A DNA stretch of 64,000 bases from Octopus bimaculoides (taxonomy: Eukaryota), in contig NC_068999.1 in NCBI RefSeq assembly GCF_001194135.2, forward strand, positions 51,056,477 to 51,120,476. Reading direction: 5' to 3'. Shown here in pieces: positions 53,626-64,000 of the stretch. A program made the position numbers and the translations under genes. The notes under the pieces are model-generated. The model was not told the origin of the DNA and did not search any database. It worked only from the letters and a program-made list of their open reading frames with translations. Each line of letters starts with the position of its first letter. The first letter of the stretch is position 1.

Positions 53626-54790
53626 TGATTGAAGAAAATTAAATTAAAATACTAAGGAAATTATATATAAAATTATCTTTCTCTTTAAGAATGATGCATA
53701 TTATATTTTTTTTTTAATTAATTACAGACTCTGCCTTGTATCAATAGATTCCTAATGAAGAAATATCAAAAGTCAAGTGAAAAGATTAAACATTCCAGGG
53801 TCGTAAGGAATAATTAGGAAATGACTTAGCAATAACGAAAAATTCATTTCGGAAAATAATGTTTAAGGAAGCTCACTATCGCAATATACAATTTAATTTA
53901 TATTTTTACAATAAATGTAATAAATAATTTTTGCTGATCAATAAATACAAACAGTTGCTTTGTATATTTGTCTGGAGAGATAAATCACCTGGCCACTATT
54001 TATATATATGATAATGTAATTTCAATGAAATAGATACATATCTAGAAAGGCAAATGTACTTGATAATTTAATTGTATTTACGGTTGAGTAACAAACTTCA
54101 TTAGTGACTAATATATAATTCCAATAGATGCTTCAGTTGAATTACTTTATGAGATAAATTACAAAAGAAGCAGATGCCAGGGGAGTAGAATTTTTAATTA
54201 TACCTTACAAATGAGAAATAGTAAATACAAATGAAATCTTGGTTCTCTAAATATGCTATGATTTCTAAAAAATCGGTCGCTGTTTATTCACATATATCTA
54301 CTGAACTCTATCTTACTAATTATCTACACGAGTTTTATTTTTGTTATCTTAAATATTTTCTTATGTACGTAATTCTTTTCTCAAAACATGCAGTAAACGA
54401 TGTAATCTAAATAACGAGAGAAATCAATATAATTGTGATTATTGTCGTAGTTTATTATTATTGGCTATTATGTTAAATGAAACATATGACGGTTGCTTAT
54501 TCCTAGATTGTAGTGCTTCGCATAATTATGGGATAGATTATAAAGCCTACATCTTTAACACTATAATATACTGCTTAATAAGACAGCGAACTGATAGATA
54601 TATGCGGCATATAACGTGTAGCGTCCGCACAACGTCGATTTTGGTGGATACAGTGAGCTAAGGTGCAGCACGAACATTTGATCACTAAAAACAAATCATT
54701 TGTGCAGGTAGTTCAGCAAAAGCTGAATGCACATTCATCATCTTTGACAGGAGTCCATCATATCATATCATGTATATATATATATATATA

Positions 54791-54846
<56 letters not shown>

Positions 54847-54878
54847 TGTGTGTGCATGTGTGTGTTTCAATGAATATG

Positions 54879-54917
<39 letters not shown>

Positions 54918-54989
54918 GTGTGTGCGTGTGTGTGTGTGTGTGTGTATGTGTGTGTATGTATATGCTCATATATATGTATCATCATTATT

Positions 54990-55436
54990 AAATTTTACTC
55001 CTCAGCGTCCTCGATTTTACTTGCTTCGGGTAATTGTTTGAGAGCTGTCTGCATATTGTTGTCAAAGGCCACGCAGGGTCTCTTTCCAGGATACTCACCA
55101 CTCAATTTCCGATCTAGAGCAGCAGTGTTTTAACAAGTTCTACCCTCATGTCATTTCCAATTTCTCTGATATATTTCTCAACTTTGGCTGTCAGTGCTCC
55201 CAATGCCCGTACAACTACTGGGTTGACAGTTTCTCTCTTCAGACTCCATTTTCCCACCGTTTTTAACAATTTCGTTTATTAGTACTTTATAATTTTCCAT
55301 CTTTTCCAGCTCCTTGTCATCTACGCATGTGACACCACATATGTTAATATCTATAGCTTTCGTATCTTTCTTTCTCATCCACTACAACAATGTCTGGTCT
55401 CCGAGCATAAATTAGAGACTCACATTTGATATCATG
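54990..55436 (-). mobile_element. R4/Dong-like retrotransposon 3' end (REL), decayed
   Basis: HDIKCESLIYARRPDIVVVD...DDKELEKMENYKVLINEI...VVRALGALTAKVEKYIREIG across frameshifts; the UTR ends AAATTTAATAATGAT. Confidence 0.85.
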
Positions 55437-55455
55437 ATATTTTATAAACGTTATT

Positions 55456-55608
55456 CTCTGAATAAGGGTCGTTTAAGGATGTTGAATGAAACACCCACGT
55501 TTCCAGAGGTGAATCATTCAAACTCCAAAGACTTCTTCTCAACACATGGCAATGATGCTCCGCAAATACTTCTGCTCGTGATCAGAGATGCACTTATCGT
55601 CAGCCACT
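55456..55608 (-). mobile_element. Internal fragment of repeat family E
   Basis: Minus strand AGTGGCTGACGATAAGTGCATCTCTGATCACGAGCAG...CAACATCCTTAAACGACCCTTATTCAG aligns to 40118-40250. Confidence 0.8.
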
Positions 55609-55755
55609 TCTTTCAAATTTCCAGATCGCTGAAGTTGTGAATGCGAACTATGACTACTTATCTTTAAGTAATATAGTGCATAGCCAAACTCGTATAGAAT
55701 AGGTATAACTCCAACCAAATGTGCAGAGTATGGCTTTCTTTCTTTTGTTCACTCA

Positions 55756-55795
<40 letters not shown>

Positions 55796-55925
55796 NNNNN
55801 NNNNNNNNNNNNNNNNNNNNNNNNNNNNNNNNNNNNNNNNNNNNNNNNNNNNNNNNNNNNNNNNNNNNNNNNNNNNNNNNNNNNNNNNNNNNNNNNNNNN
55901 NNNNNNNNNNNNNNNNNNNNNNNNN

Positions 55926-55981
<56 letters not shown>

Positions 55982-56365
55982 AACAGAGTTTCCACAAAGT
56001 CATTACACAAATAGAGGTCTGCATCATTAAGACAACATTAATAAATCTATTAATAAAAGTATCAATATCATTAAAACTTTTATAATGAAATGTTAATATG
56101 AAAGAAAAATTTAATTGCTACCTTCTCTAAGTATTTTGTAATGAGTTTTTGAAGTTGTCTAAAGATTTTGTGGATACCCTGTACATATATACCTATAGTA
56201 TATGCATATACTTGTATACACAAACACACACACTTGCACACACACGGAAGCACGTATTTACGCAGGCACACACACACTGAGACATAAAGAGACGGACAGA
56301 CAAAGTAGAGGGAGGGCGTTTCTGTCAAGGTATTGTAATATACTCCATTATCAGCATATACTTAC

Positions 56366-56615
56366 ACACATCAGGAAAAGATTGAATAGACACTACCAAA
56401 AAGATCACTAAATCTACGTAACAGTGCAATGTTAATTTGAAAAACCATAGAATTAAAAAAACTGTAGCGCATCTTACAAAATATATGGCAGATGAACAGT
56501 ACAAAAAATCTATTGCAACGATAACTACCAGCAAATTAGTAAATTGTACAATAAAATTCAGAAAGAGAAGAATATACACGCTCCCCTGTGGTTGAATGAA
56601 AAATCGAGTGAAAAC
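56366..56615 (-). CDS. Candidate internal exon encoding a hydrophobic, probably multi-pass membrane segment (family unassigned)
   Basis: Strong acceptor ATTTCTCTTTTACAG and donor GT|GTAAGT flank 250 nt open in phase 0 to 1: VFTRFFIQPQGSVYILLFLNFIVQFTNLLVVIVAIDFLYC...LVIFLVVSIQSFPDV. It lies within the 124-aa ORF 56325-56699. No homology recognised, and T-rich DNA biases towards hydrophobic translation. Confidence 0.4.
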
Positions 56616-56943
56616 CTGTAAAAGAGAAATCAAATCTAAAGTAAAAGAGAAGCAAATGCCAACATTAACATATTGATTAATGGTCACAGATTTAAACAAT
56701 AGCGCTAGACGGTTATTGATCGGTGAATTTGTACTTTTGTCTCCAAACTTAAAATTGATGACACATTAAACGAATAACGTTTATATGTACATTTATATAT
56801 ATATATACATTTATATATGAATACATACATATATATATACGTATGTATACGTCAATATGTGTTTATGTATGTATACAATTTATATATTGATATACGTACA
56901 CATTCCTATTGTATGTGTCTATATTTATATATATATATGTGTT

Positions 56944-56992
<49 letters not shown>

Positions 56993-57251
56993 ATATATAT
57001 ATAGAGAGAGAGATAGATATAGATATAGATTGATATAAATATATATATATTCATATACACACTAATTCCTAAATATCTATGTTCATATTTTTATGTCATG
57101 GCTATTTGTATACACAAACACACACACACACTCATATGGATGCATCTTTCTATCTACAAATATTTATGCTTACATACCTGGAGACATATACTCACGCGAA
57201 TGTGTGAGCTTACATACATACATACACACATACATCTCTGCACATGTATGT

Positions 57252-57314
<63 letters not shown>

Positions 57315-57822
57315 CAGCGCCTCAGTCAGTATGGTAGAAAGTACTGTAAAGTAGAGATTCCATTTATTTAATTGGATATTCTGATCTCTTCGCCATTTTA
57401 CATGTCTAGGAACGTATTTTTCGACTGTTTTTTTTCTGTTGAGGCATGTTTAATGTATTTTGTTATGTATTCTTGTATATGTCTCCATGGTTTACATATA
57501 CATCTTTATTCTTCAGTTTTGCATTTCTCTTATATTATTAGTATATCTGTGTATACCTGAGTACTCGCATGTGTAAGCCAAGAAAGCAAAAATATATTTA
57601 ATACAATTGAAAACGAACACAAATAAGTTCTTTGTGTCTAAGAAAGCGCACTGAGCATATGTCTATATGGCAACTAGTTATAAGTATTTATGGAAGCATA
57701 AATAAATAAATGCAACAACCTTATTGAACACAAACATGCAAAGAACGAACCGCCCACACATATGTAAAAATAATATATATATGAGTATGTATGTGAGTGT
57801 GTGTCTGTGTATATGTGTGTCT

Positions 57823-57889
<67 letters not shown>

Positions 57890-58664
57890 TACATATACAT
57901 ATACACTCATAAATTTTTTACATATATGTTACACATACACACGCACTTACATACCGTTAGAATCACACATACAAACATACGTCAGCGTGTGTAAAACATA
58001 TATTCATTGAAATATGTGTGTGTGTATATATATCTGAATTAAAGTGTGCGCGTATACATGTTTTCTTTTTAATTTAATTCCCTCTTCATAATTGATGGCG
58101 TTACATTTTCTGATCCTCTATTTCTTCTCTCATTCCCTCATTCTCTCATTCTTTCTCTGTTTTATTTCCCGTCTTGTTTTCTCATTGTCTCTGCTTCTCT
58201 TTCGTTAGAGTTTTTCTTCATTGTTTTGTTGATGTTTTTCCTCCATTTTCTTCCCTCTTTTTTTTTTTTTTTTTTGTGAGGGGTGCATACATATATATTC
58301 GTCTTGATTCTACTGTTAATCATTTATAATGTTTTCGATTGCTTTGATTATTTTCCTCCTTTAGAATTCCCTTCATTTCCAAGTATTTGTTTTTCATGTT
58401 TTCATATTGTATCTTCATTAATAATTTAAGTAATTGATGCAGCGTACGACATTCCAATCACTGTGACTAAAATAGCTACAAAACCACCGCTACTGATGTT
58501 GCGGGCGCTATTACATTCTTCTTACTAGTACAGTTATAATTAATTATTTCTAAAATGAGCACGTAGGCAACTATTTTGGAACATGGATGAATTCGATCGC
58601 AGCACTTGATTGTGTAATATTTTATCAACCAAATGAGATGAATAGCTAATATTACATAAGTAGG

Positions 58665-58976
<312 letters not shown>

Positions 58977-59830
58977 GGATTTTTAATTGCTGCACAAGAC
59001 CAAAGCCTCCCCACCAGAAATTACCAAAAACACATAATGAAAAGAAATATAACAAGTAACTGTAGAATATGTGGAGATCGANNNNNNNNNNNNNNNNNNN
59101 NNNNNNNNNNNNNNNNNNNNNNNNNNNNNNNNNNNNNNNNNNNNNNNNNNNNNNNNNNNNNNNNNNNNNNNNNNNNNNNNNNNNNNNNNNNNNNNNNNNN
59201 NNNNNNNNNNNNNNNNNNNNNNNNNNNNNNNNNNNNNNNNNNNNNNNNNNNNNNNNNNNNNNNNNNNNNNNNNNNNNNNNNNNNNNNNNNNNNNNNNNNN
59301 NNNNNNNNNNNNNNNNNNNNNNNNNNNNNNNNNNNNNNNNNNNNNNNNNNNNNNNNNNNNNNNNNNNNNNNNNNNNNNNNNNNNNNNNNNNNNNNNNNNN
59401 NNNNNNNNNNNNNNNNNNNNNNNNNNNNNNNNNNNNNNNNNNNNNNNNNNNNNNNNNNNNNNNNNNNNNNNNNNNNNNNNNNNNNNNNNNNNNNNCTCTA
59501 AAAGAAATGGAAAAACTTTCAAAATACAAAGACCTGGAAATAGAGATAACTCGAATGTGGAATCTAAAAACAGAAACAATTCCTATCATAGTAGGTGCCT
59601 TAGGTATAATAAAAAAATATTCAGACAAATACATAACAAAAACACCAGGACTTACAAATATATATAACATACAGAAAATTGCACTACTGGGTACTGCACA
59701 CATTCTACGCAAAACACTTTCAATACAGTAAACATAAGAGCACCACAGCAAACCACAGCACATACCCAAGGCGCACAGAGCTGCGCTCGGTAGTGAAGTG
59801 AAAGTACGTTATAAAAATAAAACTACTGAA
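58977..59830 (+). mobile_element. R4/Dong-like non-LTR retrotransposon, 5' truncated, inserted in (AAT)n
   Basis: GFLIAAQDQSLPTRNYQKHIMKRNITSNCRICGD (start of the CCHC knuckle), a 414-N gap, then KEMEKLSKYKDLEIEITRMWNLKTETIPIIVGALG...LLGTAHILRKTLSIQ* (stop ends 59731); about 100-nt 3' UTR; (AAT)n on both flanks. Confidence 0.93.
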
Positions 59831-60041
59831 TAATAATAATAATAATAATAATAACAAAACTTGCTGGGCAAACGGAAGAACCGGAAATTTATAATGCATT
59901 GCATACTTTATAATGGGGGTAGTGAAGAAAATAAACGACAATAAGTTAGAAGGGGCTTTCTGGCGCACCGAGAAATACAAGCTAAGCCTATGAGACATAC
60001 GAGATCGTGATTGCAATGCATTTACAGGATATATATTGGCT

Positions 60042-60096
60042 GGCAGTGCTACTGATGAGTGCAATATGCAAGCTACAAAGTATATAGGACACCGCC
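60042..60096 (+). ncRNA. Inactivated type I hammerhead-like fold
   Basis: GGCAGTGCTA-CTGATGA-GTGCA ATA TGCA-[AGC in place of CGAAA]-TAC AAA GTA-TA-TAG GA CACCGCC; all three stems pair but the GAAA box is missing. Confidence 0.35.
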
Positions 60097-60526
60097 ACTG
60101 AAAAAAAACATGTCTCGCCTGCTCTAGTGATGGAGAATTATTGCATGTGTACACTACACACTATTCGCCTGCTTGTTGGCCTATACTGAATACGGGGTGC
60201 ATATTTTTCGGGTTGTACAACGGGCCCAAAGTGAATATTTTTTCCAATGCCTCCTCGTAACACAAATGCGTCAGTATATTGTACCATATGGATCTGTGTT
60301 CCTTATATGAAGTCAAAGCCTTTACTTTTCACATATACTCTTTTCCCTTCAAAAGTGATTTAAACTTTATAAATTTAATGAAGAATATCAGGTGTCATAA
60401 CGGTGGTTGGGTGACCTTCCGATCGTCATTCGTAGATTCATAGCAGAAAGAAAGTACATTCTGTGCGGATATGAGCACAGAATATCCGCATTGGTAGACG
60501 AACCGTAGCATGTTAGCAAAACTCAC

Positions 60527-60598
60527 CTCAGATTTTGACAGCAGCATCTGCTGTATCATTCCAAGAACACGTACGCGTTGATCGACGCGACATTGCAT
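60527..60598 (-). CDS. Candidate first coding exon (MQCRVDQRVRVLGMIQQMLLSKSE), phase 0 donor
   Basis: ATG at 60598, consensus donor GAG|GTGAGT after 60527, phase-compatible with exon 56366-56615. It could instead be a 5' UTR exon. Confidence 0.3.
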
Positions 60599-60900
60599 AA
60601 ATATTCAGAAATGATCGACGGTTTCGAAGTGACGGAAGTTCCGTAACACTCTGCGATGATTTTCAGACGAATGACGTTGTGCACTTGCTGTGCGACTAAG
60701 GGACATGCACTTCAACTCTATAGACTTTACTATTAGTCGACATAAATAACCGATGATGATGATGACGACGACAATTGCATGTTGGTGTTTCCTTTAAAAG
60801 TGCTTTATAATCACATCTTCATGAATCGATATTTTTAAAGCGAAAGATAGCATAGAAAATATATTCACTAAAATTAGAAAGCGGTTACGTCTAGTGGATA
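60530..60900 (-). promoter_or_regulatory. CpG-rich promoter-like island
   Basis: Visibly CpG-dense relative to the flanks; ETS-like GTGACGGAAGTTCCGT near 60630-60645; strong minus-strand splice donor just downstream. Confidence 0.45.
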
Positions 60901-61457
60901 AAAAGTTCTCTTTCGAAATAGTATAACCGTGTTCTCTTCTTGTAAAGAATTTACACGAATCCATTTAGGTGTTTTCTATAGCATATATTCTGAAAGAAAG
61001 TAGAAAATATGAATACAGCTTTAGTAGGAAAGTACTGAAGTAAACGGTTCCATATTTAGGTCTGGTTCACGGCGTTTTTTGCACACATAAATACATAAAT
61101 ACATACACATATACAGGCTAAATATGCAGGTATGTATATGTGTATATGTGTGTTTGTGTGCATATATATGTATATATATATATATATATGCATATATATA
61201 CATGTATATATACATATATACTTATATATATGTATATACATATGCTATATGTGTGTATATATGTATTCACGCACATACACAGAGCTACATCCCCACACAC
61301 TACATAGACACATATCTCTACACGTTAACGCCTACGCGCAAGACAAACATATTTAATGCATACTCACAAGCATATATGAACGAATGTCTGTATGTATGTG
61401 TGTGTGTAGGCATGAACATATACACACATACATTCTTATATATACATATATGCATAT

Positions 61458-61523
<66 letters not shown>

Positions 61524-61865
61524 TATATTGTATTTCACATATATATGTATTTATATATATATGTACACACAAACACACAAACACACATATTTCTATGTAT
61601 GTATACGTATACACCCAATACATCTATTTGGATTGATATGTTAACTGCTGTGATAAAAGGAGCATAAAATATAAAAGAACAACAAACGTTCTCCTTTCTG
61701 AAGAGCCTATGTGTCTAGTTGACGTCTGCTTGCTCTTTTCAGTTCAAGCTATAAATATATGCAAGCCTCTAATGATAGAGCTCAAAGTAATGAATTTGTG
61801 GCTTGTGCATTCTGATCGATCATACGCACTCTCACGCTCACTTTCGTTCAGCACACACACACACA

Positions 61866-61925
<60 letters not shown>

Positions 61926-62378
61926 NNNNNNNNNNNNNNNNNNNNNNNNNNNNNNNNNNNNNNNNNNNNNNNNNNNNNNNNNNNNNNNNNNNNNNNNNNN
62001 NNNNNNNNNNNNNNNNNNNNNNNNNNNNNNNNNNNNNNNNNNNNNNNNNNNNNNNNNNNNNNNNNNNNNNNNNNNNNNNNNNNNNNNNNNNNNNNNNNNN
62101 NNNNNNNNNNNNNNNNNNNNNNNNNNNNNNNNNNNNNNNNNNNNNNNNNNNNNNNNNNNNNNNNNNNNNNNNNNNNNNNNNNNNNNNNNNNNNNNNNNNN
62201 NNNNNNNNNNNNNNNNNNNNNNNNNNNNNNNNNNNNNNNNNNNNNNNNNNNNNNNNNNNNNNNNNNNNNNNNNNNNNNNNNNNNNNNNNNNNNNNNNNNN
62301 NNNNNNNNNNNNNNNNNNNNNNNNNNNNNNNNNNNNNNNNNNNNNNNNNNNNNNNNNNNNNNNNNNNNNNNNNNNNNN

Positions 62379-62414
<36 letters not shown>

Positions 62415-63281
62415 CACACATATAAACACATATATGTATGCATGTATTAATATAAATAAGTAGCTATATATATACATACACACAAACACACAGACACACA
62501 TATGCGTGTGTCTGTATGTATGTGTGTGCGCGCACGCACAAACACAAACACGCTTTGTTCCTATTAAACTAGCACCATTTTTCTCACAGAACATACTGTC
62601 GTAAAAAATTCCCCCAGAATCTTTGAACCCCACTCAAACGTCATCTCCCCCCCCCCTTATTTCCAGACGATATACATGAGTTATATGTGCCACTACTTTA
62701 ATTATTCGTCTATCGATTACAAAATGTACGGAATTGAATAATCTATATCTAGTTACTATTGAAACACTCCTTATTCTATCATGAATACTTACTTTTATCA
62801 TCTTTAGAGCGTCCATCTATTTCTTTTTTAACTGTTTTTTGTGTATATTTAAAGATGAGATGCCATAACTTTAATTACATACGTGTGGGTCTATGTATGT
62901 AAGTGTGTATGAATATATATGTGTTTATATGTGTATACATATATACGTATATACATATACTTATGCGTCTATGAATATGTATATATACATATGCATATAA
63001 GTATTTAGTCATATATATATATANNNNNNNNNNNNNNNNNNNNNNNNNNNNNNNNNNNNNNNNNNNNNNNNNNNNNNNNNNNNNNNNNNNNNNNNNNNNN
63101 NNNNNNNNNNNNNNNNNNNNNNNNNNNNNNNNNNNNNNNNNNNNNNNNNNNNNNNNNNNNNNNNNNNNNNNNNNNNNNNNNNNNNNNNATATATACATAT
63201 AAGTATGTATTTATGTTTTTATATATATGGTTTTTATTCAGAAATATATATGTATATATACATATGCATATAAGTATTTAG

Positions 63282-63323
<42 letters not shown>

Positions 63324-64000
63324 GCATTTATGCACATAAACATACAGTTCCATATACATGGATGTATACGCACTACGCGCGCTCACACACACGCACACAA
63401 CAAATGCGCGCGTGCGTGTGTGTGTTAATGCGTGCGCAAACATTTATGAGGAAATGGTAAACAGTAACTTTTGATTTGAAGTTTTGGTTCATCGTATATT
63501 CGTCACTAAACTACCGTGGCTATAATAAAAAGATACCATTGCAGAAATATCGAATTCCATAATCTTTTTAAAAATGACTAAATGTCTGACAAATGTAATC
63601 TTGTATATGTGGGAAAGAGAACCATTTTTGAGCTCTACTTTACTTCACTTCACATTAAATCTTACAACTTTAATTGTCGTAAAATCAGCCTTTCTAATGC
63701 CATTAATTATTCGATACTTCGACACAAATCTACGTTTTCTCCTTGATTTCTTTCATTTTTAATTTAATTTTCTTATTCATAGCAATCTATTATCGAATGC
63801 ATTTGGGATCTGTAAATTTGATCAACGTCAGGTCGTATATGTTATTGCATAGACCTAGCACGTCATTGGTGACAAATTTTTGTCATGGGAATTTTGAATC
63901 TGACTCATGAAGTGGGTCCTTGATTAACGTCTGTCAAGATTATATATTCTGGAAATACGAGGGATATACGGGTGCTGCGCATGTTGGCCACAAATACTAC

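Noticed and set aside
60191-60259. TA-flanked imperfect inverted repeat resembling mariner ends
   Set aside because: Only about 12 bp with mismatches; insufficient for a MITE call.
62978-63293. Identical ~43-nt sequence on both sides of the gap at 63024-63188
   Set aside because: Most simply an unmerged contig overlap (assembly artefact).

Overview
AT-rich, microsatellite-saturated eukaryotic DNA with many N gaps, mostly flanked by microsatellites (typical of a short-read scaffold). The SINE repertoire and repeat landscape match what I recall of octopus (coleoid cephalopod) genomes; the species call is inference. No complete protein-coding gene, rRNA, true tRNA or CRISPR array can be supported, and nearly all ORFs in the track are microsatellite or gap artefacts. 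Supported content: (i) four tRNA-headed SINE families (labelled A-D here) in about 20 copies, three with clear TSDs; (ii) five fragments of REL-endonuclease non-LTR retrotransposons (R4/Dong-like), mostly tied to (TAA)n tracts, including one young-looking copy at 58977-59830; (iii) a non-coding (TAA)n-associated repeat family (E) in three pieces; (iv) relics of CRE-, RTE- and I/Nimb-like LINEs and a Helitron helicase; (v) a complete Helentron-type HINE; (vi) a 165-bp probable solo LTR; (vii) a Penelope-type repeat with a minimal hammerhead ribozyme plus two more decayed hammerhead-like motifs. The best gene candidate is on the minus strand: a CpG-rich promoter/first exon near 60.5-60.9 kb spliced in phase to a 250-bp exon encoding a multi-pass membrane segment (56366-56615). 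I could not assign it to a family.
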